A stretch of DNA of 64,000 bases from Bacteroidota bacterium (GCA_025963725.1 JAOQAE010000006.1:769952-833951), one strand, 5' to 3'; shown: positions 50,596-61,218, counted from the stretch's first letter. Numbers and translations: made by a program. The notes: generated by a model from the sequence alone, not told the origin.

Positions 50596-51374
50596 TGCTT
50601 TCCGCGAAAAATATTACATATACAATTGATGGAAAAACACTTCTCGATGATGTGTCGGTACACTTTGAAGCAGGAAAGCTGAACCTCATCATCGGCCCGA
50701 ACGGCGCAGGGAAATCAACCCTTGTGAAGGTGCTCTGCAACCAGCTCCGGCCATCGGACAAAGGAAGTGTTTCGTATGACGGCAAAGATGTGCGTATATT
50801 TTCCATTGCCGAGTTAGCGCGCATCCGTGCCGTGCTGTCGCAAAACATTGAGCTGGCCTTTCCGCTGAAAGTTTCGGAAGTGGTGATGATGGGAAGGTAC
50901 CCGCATTTCAACGGGAAGCCCGGACAAAAAGATGAAGCGGCATGCGAGGAGGCGATGCGCTTTTTTGATGTGCTCGATATGGCGCAGCGGAATTACATGA
51001 CCCTGAGCGGCGGCGAAAAGCAGCGCGTGCATTTTGCAAGGGTACTTGCGCAGATCTGGCACAAGCCCGCTGAAGGCTGCCGGTACCTGGTATTGGATGA
51101 ACCGCTTACTTTCCTGGATGTACGTTACCAGTTCGATTTTATGAACAAAGTAACATCGCTGCTGAAGGATAACGGGCTTGTTGTGGTGGGTGTGGTGCAC
51201 GACCTGAACCTCGCGGCAAAGTTCGCAGGCCACATTGTGCTGCTCCACCAGGGAAAGGTGCTGGCAGCAGGAAACCGTGAGCAGGTGCTTTCAAAAGAGA
51301 ATATCCGCGCGGCCTACGGGCTCGAGCCGGTGATCCATACCGATCAGGAGGAAATGTACCTGTTCTTTAAATAA
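50595..51374 (+). CDS. hmuV: Haemin ABC transporter ATP-binding protein
   Basis: GPNGAGKST, LSGGEKQRVHFARVLAQIW, LDEP, HDLNLA. Confidence 0.88.
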   Translation: MLSAKNITYTIDGKTLLDDVSVHFEAGKLNLIIGPNGAGKSTLVKVLCNQLRPSDKGSVSYDGKDVRIFSIAELARIRAVLSQNIELAFPLKVSEVVMMGRYPHFNGKPGQKDEAACEEAMRFFDVLDMAQRNYMTLSGGEKQRVHFARVLAQIWHKPAEGCRYLVLDEPLTFLDVRYQFDFMNKVTSLLKDNGLVVVGVVHDLNLAAKFAGHIVLLHQGKVLAAGNREQVLSKENIRAAYGLEPVIHTDQEEMYLFFK

Positions 51375-51423
51375 GTCAGATACAAGAAGTATCTTCGTTC
51401 CCTGACCACTTAAAAACAAATCA

Positions 51424-52083
51424 ATGAAAAAGACCGCTATTGCTTTTATCGTATGCATGACCTCTGTATCTGCTTTCGCACAAACTGTGCAGGCCGACAC
51501 GGCAAAAAAAGAATTCAGGAATATCATCGCCATCAACGCCACCTCGCTGCTACGACAGGTTCTTCCGGGCATGACGCCCTTACCTTCTTCTTCCCCTAAC
51601 CTGATCAGCTACAGGAGAATATTTAAAAGCAACGCACTGCGGATCGGCCTCGGCGGCAATGTGGTGAGTGATGACCAAAGCCTTACCGACTCTACAGGTA
51701 CTACACACGGCAATTACAATGCGGGGATCCGGGTCGGCTACGAGCATTACTGCTACCTTGCAAAAAAATGGATGTGGTATTTCGGTGCGGACCTTACAGT
51801 AGGGCACTCGGTGAACAACACAACGAACTACAATGCCATTGCTACTTACAAAAGCTCCCAGACCACAAACTCCTATGGAATTTCGCCATTCCTCGGCGTA
51901 ACCTTCAATATTAATCCCCGCCTGAGCATTGCCACGGAAGCGAACCTCAGTATTGCCTATGTGCAGATAAAATTCAAGGAATCATCAGGGCCGGATCCAG
52001 TGTATGAAAGGCATTCAGGAACTAACCGCATACTGGGGCAGTTCAGTGAGCCTGAATTCATAAGTGTGAGACTGAAATTTTAG
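51424..52083 (+). CDS. Outer-membrane beta-barrel hypothetical protein
   Basis: Signal peptide; amphipathic strands; terminal Phe. Confidence 0.65.
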   Translation: MKKTAIAFIVCMTSVSAFAQTVQADTAKKEFRNIIAINATSLLRQVLPGMTPLPSSSPNLISYRRIFKSNALRIGLGGNVVSDDQSLTDSTGTTHGNYNAGIRVGYEHYCYLAKKWMWYFGADLTVGHSVNNTTNYNAIATYKSSQTTNSYGISPFLGVTFNINPRLSIATEANLSIAYVQIKFKESSGPDPVYERHSGTNRILGQFSEPEFISVRLKF

Positions 52084-52129
52084 GATGCAGAAGGGCTATT
52101 TAAATTAACCCTAGTTTCCATAAAGGAAA

Positions 52130-52167
52130 AGATTCTTCGACTCCATTGCATTCCGCTCAGAATGACA
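52130..52167. repeat. REP-like intergenic repeat (copy 2)
   Basis: agattcttcgactccattgcattccgctcagaatgaca; 4 substitutions and 1 indel relative to 13963-13999. Confidence 0.65.
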
Positions 52168-52191
52168 AACAATTATGCCGCGAAGGCTTAA

Positions 52192-53442
52192 TTACCTTCT
52201 CTGCGGTGGCTTTGAGCTGCTATTGCTATTGCTGTTTCTCCTGAAAGGCTTTTTCTTTCCTGCAAAAGCAGGCTTCTTCACTTTCACTTCAGGTGCGTAA
52301 ACAGGCCCTTGTCCTAAATGTGCAGGCAAAGGGATCTTGTTCACTTCGGCGCCGATGAGCGATTCGATCTGGAAAAATTTCTGCTGGTCGTACTCATTGA
52401 TGAAGGTAAGCGCAACACCTGTGGAAGATGCCCTTGCGGTACGCCCGATCCGGTGGATATAATCTTCGGCATCACCCGGCACATCGTAATTGATCACGAG
52501 GTTGATGTCTTCAATATCAATTCCGCGGGAAAGAATATCCGTTGCAACGAGGATCTGCGTTTGCTTGCTCCTGAAATTGCGTAATACTTCTTCACGCTCA
52601 TTCTGCTCCAGGTCGGAGTGGATCGCTTTTGCCTTGATGCCTGCTTTCTGCAGGTCGCGGTCGAGCTCCTTCACCTTCTGCTTTGTGGAAACAAAGATGA
52701 TGACGCTGCTCAGCTCCTTCTCTTTTCCTTCAAGCAGTGATTTGATGAGGTTATTTTTTTGTGTGTCGTACACAAGGTATGCACCCTGTACCACTCCTGC
52801 TGCCGGCTTGGAGATCGCGATGCTGATCTGCTCGGGCTCGTTCAGGAGCTTTGTTGCAAGCGTCCTGATCTTCGGCGGCATGGTTGCCGAGAACATCAGT
52901 GTTTGTCTTTTCTTAGGCAAGTACGTGGTGATCTTTAAGATGTCATCCACAAAGCCCATATCGAGCATCCTGTCGGCCTCATCGAGGATGAAGTGCTTTA
53001 CATCATCCAGCTTAACATATCCCATATTCAAATGGGCCATGAAACGGCCGGGGGTTGCAACAATAACATTGGCGCCCTGTGTGAGCGCTCTTCTTTCCGT
53101 TTCAAAAACGCTTCCGTCGCTTCCGCCATAAATAGCGATGGAGCTCACGGATGTGAAATAGGAAAAGCCCTGCAAGGCCTGGTCGATCTGCAAAGCAAGC
53201 TCGCGCGTTGGCACAATGATAAGGGTGTTGGTGGAATGTGTGTCCTCTTTTGCAAGCTTGTTGAGGATCGGGAGCACAAAGGCTGCTGTTTTGCCGGTGC
53301 CGGTCTGGGCGCAGGCGATCAGGTCCTTGTTGTTCAATATGATCGGGATAGCTTGTTCCTGGATAGGTGTTGGGCTCTCAAAGCCCATTGAGTCAAGGCC
53401 TTCCTGCAGGCTTGGCTCAAAATTAAATTCGCTGAATTTCAA
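52192..53442 (-). CDS. DEAD-box RNA helicase (RhlE-like)
   Basis: Q motif, AQTGTGKT, PTRELA, DEAD, SAT, HRIGRTAR. Confidence 0.96.
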   Translation of the reverse strand: MKFSEFNFEPSLQEGLDSMGFESPTPIQEQAIPIILNNKDLIACAQTGTGKTAAFVLPILNKLAKEDTHSTNTLIIVPTRELALQIDQALQGFSYFTSVSSIAIYGGSDGSVFETERRALTQGANVIVATPGRFMAHLNMGYVKLDDVKHFILDEADRMLDMGFVDDILKITTYLPKKRQTLMFSATMPPKIRTLATKLLNEPEQISIAISKPAAGVVQGAYLVYDTQKNNLIKSLLEGKEKELSSVIIFVSTKQKVKELDRDLQKAGIKAKAIHSDLEQNEREEVLRNFRSKQTQILVATDILSRGIDIEDINLVINYDVPGDAEDYIHRIGRTARASSTGVALTFINEYDQQKFFQIESLIGAEVNKIPLPAHLGQGPVYAPEVKVKKPAFAGKKKPFRRNSNSNSSSKPPQRR

Positions 53443-53511
53443 AACTGTTCGTGTTAAATTATATGCGAAGATACGGCTAATTTTTCATTAATTACCTATC
53501 CGTGCCGCGAC

Positions 53512-53641
53512 ACCACCCCAACCCTCCTGCAAGGAGGGAGCTGATCCTGCGAACATCTTAATAGAAATACTGATTTCAACATTCTGCCCAAATGATTCCA
53601 ACGGAGCATTCCCCCTCCTCCCAGGAGGGGCCAGGGGTGGT
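53512..53641. repeat. Inverted pair of REP-like palindromes (BIME-like)
   Basis: accaccccaaccctcctgcaaggaggg ... ccccctcctcccaggaggggccaggggtggt. Confidence 0.65.
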
Positions 53642-53723
53642 CAAGAGAAAACATTGCAACATTTTTCTGCAAGCGCCTTCTTTAATAGGCCTTTATATTC
53701 TATATTCGTAGAATATTCATTCC

Positions 53724-54296
53724 ATGTTTAAACTTATTTTTAAATTATTCGGCTGGAAGATCACACATTATCTGCCGGATGAAATAAAAAAGTGTGTGAT
53801 CGTTGTGGCCCCTCATACGAGCAACTGGGAGTTTGTTTTCGGGATGGGCGCCATCCGCTTCATGAAGCTGCAGCCCCGCTTTGCCATTAAAAAAGAATGG
53901 ATCCGCTTTCCTTTTAAACGGCTGATGCTCTCATCGGGCGCACTCGCCATCGACCGGAACGCAAAGAACACCCTCGGGGAAAAAACGGGCACGGTTGATG
54001 CCATGGCGGAGCTCTTTAAAAAGCATGATACGCTGCGGCTGATCATTACGCCGGAAGGCACCCGCTCGCGGATGGAAAAGTGGAGGACCGGCTTCTACCA
54101 TGTGGCCGTGAAGGCCAATGTGCCGATCGCGCTGGGCTTTATGGATTATGAGAAAAAAGAATGCGGCATCGACAAGATCATTTACCCGAGCGGCGATTAC
54201 AAGGCCGACATGAAGCTGATCATGGATTTTTATAAAAATGTAAAAGCAAAGCACCCGCAGAATTTCAGCGTGGATGTGGAGCTGAGCAAACCTTAA
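53724..54296 (+). CDS. PlsC-like acyltransferase
   Basis: APHTSNWE (Hx4D variant) and TPEGTR motifs. Confidence 0.88.
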   Translation: MFKLIFKLFGWKITHYLPDEIKKCVIVVAPHTSNWEFVFGMGAIRFMKLQPRFAIKKEWIRFPFKRLMLSSGALAIDRNAKNTLGEKTGTVDAMAELFKKHDTLRLIITPEGTRSRMEKWRTGFYHVAVKANVPIALGFMDYEKKECGIDKIIYPSGDYKADMKLIMDFYKNVKAKHPQNFSVDVELSKP

Positions 54297-54308
54297 AAAC
54301 TTTTAAAA

Positions 54309-55511
54309 ATGAAATTTCCCCTGAACTATTTATTGGCTGCAGCGCTGGTGCTGGGCAGCTTTTCGCTGAAAGCTCAAAAGAAGGAGATCAGCTTCGAGCA
54401 TGGCAAATGGGCTGAGATCCTTGCCAAATCGAAGAAAGAGAACAAGCTCATTTACCTCGATTGCTACACCACCTGGTGCGGGCCCTGCAAATGGATGGCA
54501 AAGAATGTATTCACCAACGATACGGTTGCCGATTTTTACAATGCCAGTTTTATTAACGCGGAGATGGACATGGAAAAAGGCGAAGGCCTGGAGCTGGCGA
54601 AAAAATACGGTATCCGCGCTTATCCCACCATGCTGTACCTGAACTCCGATGGCGAAGTGATGCACCGCAGCTGCGGCTCCTCGCCTGCCGCAAGCTTCAT
54701 CAGCACCGGCAAGGATGCACTCGATCCCGACAAGCAGATGGCCACCGCTGCCCGGAAATTCAACAACGGGAATGCCAGCGGCGCTTTTGCGGAATCGTAC
54801 CTTGTGGTGCTTGAAAACGGCTGCCAGGATTATGCGAAGGAGCTGAGCGCTTATCTTTCCATCCAGAAGGAAAGCGAGCTTACTTCCCGCACCAACTGGA
54901 ACATCATCTATAAATACGTGAATGATTATTCCTCCAAAGAGTTTATGATCCTTGAAAGGGACAGGGACACGTTCAGTAAATTGTATACAAAGGATTCGGT
55001 GCAGGACAAGATCAACGGCGTATACACTTCCGGGCTGTACATCGCGATCAATAAAAAGGACGACCAGGCCTACCAGGCGCTGAAGGAAAAAGTAAAAGCA
55101 TCCGGGAACCCCGATGCTGAAATGGTGATCATGGATGCCGACCTGCGCTATTACATGTTAAAAAAAGACTGGAAGAACTATGCTGCAACGGCAAGCGCCT
55201 ACGTCGACAAATACATCAGCAACAATGCAATGGCACTGAATGGCATCGCCTGGAACTTTTACGAGAACGTGGATGATGTGGCCATGATGGAAAAGGCAGC
55301 AGCATGGGCCAGGCGCTCCGTGGAGCTGCAAAGCATGTATGCCAATAACGATACCTATGCAGCCGTGCTGTATAAAACAGGAAGAAAGGCCGAAGCGAAG
55401 AAGGCGGCTGAAAAGGCCATTGAGCTTGCAAAAGCAAGCGGCGACGATTATTCGGAAACATCGGCGCTGCTGAAGAAGATCGAAAAGATGAAGGATGCTG
55501 CGGCACATTGA
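54309..55511 (+). CDS. Exported thioredoxin-family protein with C-terminal TPR-like helices
   Basis: Signal peptide; YTTWCGPCKWM; AYPTML. Confidence 0.88.
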   Translation: MKFPLNYLLAAALVLGSFSLKAQKKEISFEHGKWAEILAKSKKENKLIYLDCYTTWCGPCKWMAKNVFTNDTVADFYNASFINAEMDMEKGEGLELAKKYGIRAYPTMLYLNSDGEVMHRSCGSSPAASFISTGKDALDPDKQMATAARKFNNGNASGAFAESYLVVLENGCQDYAKELSAYLSIQKESELTSRTNWNIIYKYVNDYSSKEFMILERDRDTFSKLYTKDSVQDKINGVYTSGLYIAINKKDDQAYQALKEKVKASGNPDAEMVIMDADLRYYMLKKDWKNYAATASAYVDKYISNNAMALNGIAWNFYENVDDVAMMEKAAAWARRSVELQSMYANNDTYAAVLYKTGRKAEAKKAAEKAIELAKASGDDYSETSALLKKIEKMKDAAAH

Positions 55512-55601
55512 TACAGCTGCATTGCTCCATTTGTCGGCACTTTTTATCCGCTTGTCAAAATTTGTTGATAAAGTGTGCTTTCTTAAATACATTTACCAGA
55601 T

Positions 55602-56582
55602 ATGAAAAGCTTTTTCGTTGCGATCCTGAGCATTTTCTTTGTTGCCGGCTGCTTCGCCCAGCAGGTGCCTGCGCCGGAAGAGAACATCCCATACCTGGTC
55701 ACCTTTGCAAAAAATGGTGCTCAGTCATGGGGCGATGACGACTTCTCCCAAACCTGGTTCTTTGTGGTCCCGAAATTCCAGACCAAGCCCGTATACATCC
55801 GCATCTTTGACCCTGAAACAGGCGGTGACCTGGACGAGAAAAAGGGTGAGTTCAATTCAAAGACCCAGTATTCCGTGTACGGCGGAAAAGGCTGCTTCAA
55901 CACCAAAGATGTGCGCGATAACCAGCCCAAAGGCAATTACAAAAGCGGGAACCTTCTTTACACCAAAACATTCGGCAGCAGCGAGATCTATGACGGCGAG
56001 TGGTATACCTTCGGCCCCTTCAACCCGAAGGAAGGCGAGTTTGTGAATGAATACGGCGGCTACATCTTCAAGATCATTGCGGAAGGCATCAGCGGCGACG
56101 ACGGAAACCTGTACAGCTATTTCCTGAGCGAATCGCCGATGGAGAACAAGCCTGTGGAAGGTGGAAATGCATTTACGTTCGAATACACCTTCCGCCTGTC
56201 GGACAGCCCCGACAACATTGCGCACCTCTACCCTTTCATCGAGGATAATGTGATCTCTGTAAAGATCTCCAACTTTGATTTCGATAACGATGGCAACATC
56301 AACATCATCTCCATCGCGAATAAGAAGGAGCTGAGCAGATCTTCCGGCGATAATGTATGGGCCACCAGCGAGCACAAGATCGTGGAGCAGGAAAAGAAGA
56401 CCACGCTGGATGTGCAGTTCATCAAAAGCAAGAAGGTTCCCATTAAGAACAATAACGTAACGCTGTATGTGACCAACCAGTACGGCGATATGCTGCCGAT
56501 CTACACCATGCCCATCGGCGGAAGCCCGAACAGCAACTACAAGGTGCAGTTCAACCAGAAGAAGAAAACAACCACTTATTAA
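55602..56582 (+). CDS. Exported hypothetical protein
   Basis: Signal peptide; beta-rich and Asp/Gly-rich; 9 bp upstream of a sensor phosphatase. Confidence 0.75.
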   Translation: MKSFFVAILSIFFVAGCFAQQVPAPEENIPYLVTFAKNGAQSWGDDDFSQTWFFVVPKFQTKPVYIRIFDPETGGDLDEKKGEFNSKTQYSVYGGKGCFNTKDVRDNQPKGNYKSGNLLYTKTFGSSEIYDGEWYTFGPFNPKEGEFVNEYGGYIFKIIAEGISGDDGNLYSYFLSESPMENKPVEGGNAFTFEYTFRLSDSPDNIAHLYPFIEDNVISVKISNFDFDNDGNINIISIANKKELSRSSGDNVWATSEHKIVEQEKKTTLDVQFIKSKKVPIKNNNVTLYVTNQYGDMLPIYTMPIGGSPNSNYKVQFNQKKKTTTY

Positions 56583-56591
56583 TCGAGCACG

Positions 56592-59500
56592 TTGAAAACA
56601 GCACCCTGGCCCTTTCTCCTTCTGATCCTCTGCCTGTGCTTCTCCCTGCCTGCACGCTCACAGGCATACCAGTTCAAAACGTACAGCATCGACAACGGCA
56701 TTTCGCAGCCGTATATTTACACCATCAACCAGGACAAGAACGGTTACCTCTGGATCGGCACCGGCGAAGGGCTTTGCAAGTTTGATGGCGTAAGCTTCAA
56801 ATCTTTTTACACCACCGACGGCATTGCCGAAAATTTTGTAACGTCTAGCTTCGTGGATAAGAACCACAACCTGTGGCTGGGCTTTAACCAGGGCAGCATC
56901 ACCTTTTACGACGGCAAGCATTTCAAATCGATCAACACCTCCGGCTTTGCAAAGAGCCCCGTTACCGCGATCACCGGCGATGACAAAGGAAATGTATGGT
57001 GCTCCACCCAGAACGACGGCATTTTCCGCATCAGCAAAATATTTGAAGTGTCGGTGTACAAGATGGAATTCGACAGGGAAAATATTTATTCCATCGCCTT
57101 TGTGAAGAATAACCAATTGCTGGTGGGAACAGCAGGCGGACTGAAGCTTTACGACATGCTTGGGCAGGAGCAAAAGCCAAAGCTGGCCGGCACTGTACAG
57201 GGCATCCCGGAAACACAGATCAAATGCATCTCAAAGAAAAAGAATTCCACCAGCTACTGGATCGGCAGCGAAGACGAAGGATTATTCCTGCTCACACCCC
57301 TCAGCGAAAATGGGTTCCGGGTAACGCCCATTGCAAATGACATTGGCGTTAAGCTGCTGAACATACAGGCGGTGTATGAAGATGCGCAATCGAACCTGTG
57401 GGTAGCCACATTCGGCAGCGGCCTTTACAAGCTCCTGCTTTCCGCTACCAAGGCCGAATACAAGGAATTCATCCACCTCAGCGAGGAGAACGGGCTTGGC
57501 AACAATTACATCAAGAGCATTTACTCCGACCACGAAGGCAACATGTGGATAGGTACATACGGAACAGGCATTGTGCAGATCAGCGATAACTTTTTCACCT
57601 TCTACAAGAACTTCCTGAAAAGCTACAGCGATAATGTTACCTGCCTGATCGTGAATGAGCACCAGAAATGGTTCGGGCTCGAGAACGGTTTGCTGAAGAT
57701 CGATGTGAATGCCGGCCAGAAATATTTAATCTATAGCCTGGCGAACGGCTTTACCGACGACAAGGTAACTGCGCTGTACCGTGCCGACAGCACACACCTG
57801 TACATCGGCACAGAAACAGAAGGATTGTACCTGATGGATACACGCAAATCCTCTTTTACAAAACTGCACCTGAGCGACGATGAGCTTTGCAATTCCATCA
57901 ACTGCATTACCGGCTACGGGAACACGCTCTGGGTTGCCACCAAGAACGGGATCTTTAAAGTGGACAGCGACAGGAAGATCACTTCCCACTTCACCACGGA
58001 AACGGGATTGCCGCACAACAATATCAACTACATTTATTATGATAAAAGAAATACGGTATGGATCGGCACGCACAGCAATTTCCTGAGCAGCATCAACATC
58101 CATACTGACAGCCTTACGAACAGGAAAGTGTATGATGCCACCGACCTGCTTACGATCACCGGCATACTCGAGGACAAAGACAGGAACATTTGGGTCTGCA
58201 CCTTCGGGAACGGGATCTTCCGCATCAATGATAAGATCACGCGTTTCACTACCGATAAAGGACTGTTCTCGAATTACTGTTACGGCATCACCGACGATGG
58301 CTCCGGCAACATCTGGATCGGGCACCGCATGGCGCTGAGCAGGTTCAAGCCGCAGAAGGAGATGATCGATGTGTTCACCAAGAACGAGGGCATCACCGGC
58401 GACTGTAATTATAACGCGATGGTAAAGGATGAAAGCGGCAATGCCTGGTTTGGCACCACGGATGGCGCTGTTCGTTTTGATCCGCACAAGGATAAAAAGA
58501 ACACCATTCCGCCGATCGTAAACATCTCTTCCATTAAGTTCAATGATAAGGAGCCGCAGTATTCAAAAGATATTCTGCTGCCTTATGATACCTATAAGAT
58601 GCGCATCGATTTTATCGGGATCAGCTTCCGCGCCAACTCGAACACGCTCTACCAGTACAAGCTGGAAGGCTTTGATGAGGATTGGTCCGACAAAACAAAG
58701 ATCCCTTTTGTGCAGTACGGGAAATTATCGGATGGCGAATACACCTTTTTGCTGAAGGCATATAATAACGACGGGGTTGGAAACAATGTGCCACTGAGCG
58801 TGAAGATCGTGATCGAAAAGCCATTCTGGAAAAAGTGGTGGTTCATTGTGATCTGCATCGCAGCGCTTTTTTATGCGATCTATTTTTACATCAAGATCAG
58901 GGAAGGCAGCCATCGCAGGTTCCAGGCGCAGCTGCAAAAAGCGCTGAACGAAAAAACACGCGAGGTGATCGCGCAGAAGGAAGAGATCGAGAAAAAGAAC
59001 AAAGACATTACCGACAGTATCCGCTATGCGAAGCGCATACAGGATGCATTATTGCCCGAAGTGAAAAAGCTGTACACGTATTTTCCTGAATCATTTATTT
59101 TCTTTCAGCCGCGGGATATTGTGAGCGGTGATTTTTACTGGTATGAGAAGTATGGCGACAAAGTAGTTATTGCCTGTGCGGATGCGACAGGGCACGGCGT
59201 TCCGGGCGCATTCATGAGCATGATCGGCAGCACGCTGCTGAAGGACATCACTTCAAGAAAGGGCGTTACCTCGCCGGCCTTTGCGCTTGCAGCGCTGGAT
59301 GAGGAAATAAAGATGCTTCTCAAACAGCACGACGATGAGCTGGACCATACGCAGGACAGCGTGGATCTTGTGATCTGCGAGATCGATGTGAAGACGAATC
59401 TCGTAAGGATCTGCTCCACCAAGCGCTCTGTATTTATTGTGCATAAGAATGAGCTTAAGCTGATCAAAAAAGAAAACACTGACCGGCAGCAATATGAAAC

Positions 59501-59738
59501 GGTTGACCTGCAGCTCGACAAAGGTGATATTATCTACATGTTCACCGATGGTTACCCCGATCAGTTCGGCGGTGAAAAAGGAAAGAAGATCAAAACAGCG
59601 AACATGAAGGTGATGCTGGAGCAAATCCGCTCGCTGCCGGTGGACAAGCAGGAAATGATCGTTGACAGGTATTTCAACCGCTGGAAAGAAGGCTATGAGC
59701 AGGTGGATGATGTGCTGTTCATCGGGATCAGGTTATGA
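56592..59738 (+). CDS. Beta-propeller + Y_Y_Y sensor membrane SpoIIE/PP2C phosphatase
   Basis: Reg_prop repeats, YQYKLEGFDEDW, TM, SGDFYW, DATGHGVPGA, TDGYPDQFGG, EQVDD. Confidence 0.9.
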   Translation: MKTAPWPFLLLILCLCFSLPARSQAYQFKTYSIDNGISQPYIYTINQDKNGYLWIGTGEGLCKFDGVSFKSFYTTDGIAENFVTSSFVDKNHNLWLGFNQGSITFYDGKHFKSINTSGFAKSPVTAITGDDKGNVWCSTQNDGIFRISKIFEVSVYKMEFDRENIYSIAFVKNNQLLVGTAGGLKLYDMLGQEQKPKLAGTVQGIPETQIKCISKKKNSTSYWIGSEDEGLFLLTPLSENGFRVTPIANDIGVKLLNIQAVYEDAQSNLWVATFGSGLYKLLLSATKAEYKEFIHLSEENGLGNNYIKSIYSDHEGNMWIGTYGTGIVQISDNFFTFYKNFLKSYSDNVTCLIVNEHQKWFGLENGLLKIDVNAGQKYLIYSLANGFTDDKVTALYRADSTHLYIGTETEGLYLMDTRKSSFTKLHLSDDELCNSINCITGYGNTLWVATKNGIFKVDSDRKITSHFTTETGLPHNNINYIYYDKRNTVWIGTHSNFLSSINIHTDSLTNRKVYDATDLLTITGILEDKDRNIWVCTFGNGIFRINDKITRFTTDKGLFSNYCYGITDDGSGNIWIGHRMALSRFKPQKEMIDVFTKNEGITGDCNYNAMVKDESGNAWFGTTDGAVRFDPHKDKKNTIPPIVNISSIKFNDKEPQYSKDILLPYDTYKMRIDFIGISFRANSNTLYQYKLEGFDEDWSDKTKIPFVQYGKLSDGEYTFLLKAYNNDGVGNNVPLSVKIVIEKPFWKKWWFIVICIAALFYAIYFYIKIREGSHRRFQAQLQKALNEKTREVIAQKEEIEKKNKDITDSIRYAKRIQDALLPEVKKLYTYFPESFIFFQPRDIVSGDFYWYEKYGDKVVIACADATGHGVPGAFMSMIGSTLLKDITSRKGVTSPAFALAALDEEIKMLLKQHDDELDHTQDSVDLVICEIDVKTNLVRICSTKRSVFIVHKNELKLIKKENTDRQQYETVDLQLDKGDIIYMFTDGYPDQFGGEKGKKIKTANMKVMLEQIRSLPVDKQEMIVDRYFNRWKEGYEQVDDVLFIGIRL

Positions 59739-59773
59739 CCTGTAATTCACCGCGCGCCTACTGAATCACAGGT

Positions 59774-60163
59774 TTATTGGAAGAATTGCTGGAGCCCGCT
59801 TACCAGCGTGGAAATGCTGGAAGGCTTGATCACATAAGCCGTGGCGCCCCCGGCTATGGCTGTGCTGATGTCGCTTTCGCTGGAGGAAGTGGAATACATG
59901 ATCACGGGAATGTTCTTCAGCCGCTCATCTGCCTTCATCTTCTTCAGGCATTGCAGGCCATTCATTGCGGGCATGTTCAGGTCGAGAAAAATAAAATCCG
60001 GAACGCGCTTTTCCATTTTTTCAAGCATGCTTAACGCTTCCTTGCCGCTCATCGCATGCAGCAGCTCTACCTTACAGTTAAGGCTTTCTACCGCTTCCGT
60101 AAAAAATTCATGGTCATCATTATCATCATCAATGAGCAGGCAAATACTATCTTTTAATCCCAT
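59774..60163 (-). CDS. Single-domain response regulator
   Basis: LIDDD, FLDLNMP, YSTS, VIKP. Confidence 0.93.
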   Translation of the reverse strand: MGLKDSICLLIDDDNDDHEFFTEAVESLNCKVELLHAMSGKEALSMLEKMEKRVPDFIFLDLNMPAMNGLQCLKKMKADERLKNIPVIMYSTSSSESDISTAIAGGATAYVIKPSSISTLVSGLQQFFQ

Positions 60164-60198
60164 AGAAAAATAATGATGATGTTAAATTTATAAGCCCT

Positions 60199-61218
60199 TT
60201 ATAAGCCCATTGTTTTTATATAATCCTTCGGCGATACTCCGAACTTCTTCCTGAACTTGGAAGTGAAATGCCCTGAATGCTTGTAGCCCACCATCTTCGC
60301 GATCTCCTTGATCGGGTATCTTTCCTCCGCTATCAGCAGCTTTGCCTTGCTGAGGCGCTCGTCCTGCAGCAGCTTGTTGATGGATGTATTGTAAAGTACC
60401 CTGAATCCTTTTTTTAGCTTGTTCTCATTCACGCCCGTAAGCAACGCAAGCTCCTTGATTGTTGGCGGCTGGATGATGTTTGAAAGCAGGCGGTGCCTCG
60501 CCTCTATGATGAGCTCCATATCCTTTTTACGCAGCACCGATTGCTTGTGGCTCGGCGCCAGGTCATCGATGTATTGCTTGATCTGCATGGCCATGATCTC
60601 CAGCGTTTGCGACTCCATGTACACGCGGCGGACAAGCCCCTTGTAATCGTTTGTTTTTATATTCTGGATGCTTTGCGCGATGGTGAGGCTGTAATGTCCC
60701 TGGTATAAAAATGAGCGCGAGCACTGGGTATCGGTGAACACATCTTTCAGCTCGTCGGGCAGGGAGTTCACCGTATGCCGGATCTTCTGCATGTATCGCT
60801 TGCGGTCGATCTCGATGGAATAAAAATAAACCTGTTTTTCTGCAGGCAGCAGGAACAGCTGCTCGTTATTGCTGGAGCCGCTCACCATCGAGCCAAGCAG
60901 GTTGGTGAGCTGGTATTGCAGGCGGTCGGCCTTGATCAGGTGCTTAAAGTCGTTCTGCACGCAAAAGATGAGCCGCAGGGGCTGAAATTCATCACACTTG
61001 TACCTGAGCACAAGGTCTTTTTTCAGGGCGCAGCTGAACATCAGCATTCCGAGCCCGTCACGAAAATCGATTGCCGAGATAAATCCTTCGCCGAAGGCAG
61101 GCGGCACAACTATCTTATGCTCCGCATGCTCATTGATCACTTCTGTTTTAAAATATTTCGCTAAGCTTTTAACCGTTGAATATACATCATACGTATTAAA
61201 AATCACTTCGTGAGGCAT
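60199..61218 (-). CDS. AraC-family transcriptional regulator
   Basis: PPTIKELA..NENKLKKGF..IAKMVGY..HFTSKFRKKFGVSP double HTH. Confidence 0.93.
   Translation of the reverse strand: MPHEVIFNTYDVYSTVKSLAKYFKTEVINEHAEHKIVVPPAFGEGFISAIDFRDGLGMLMFSCALKKDLVLRYKCDEFQPLRLIFCVQNDFKHLIKADRLQYQLTNLLGSMVSGSSNNEQLFLLPAEKQVYFYSIEIDRKRYMQKIRHTVNSLPDELKDVFTDTQCSRSFLYQGHYSLTIAQSIQNIKTNDYKGLVRRVYMESQTLEIMAMQIKQYIDDLAPSHKQSVLRKKDMELIIEARHRLLSNIIQPPTIKELALLTGVNENKLKKGFRVLYNTSINKLLQDERLSKAKLLIAEERYPIKEIAKMVGYKHSGHFTSKFRKKFGVSPKDYIKTMGL

Noticed and set aside
46603-58487. Long antisense ORFs (46603-47346, 48933-49694, 52490-53131, 57726-58487)
   Set aside because: Shadow frames of well-supported genes, expected from codon bias
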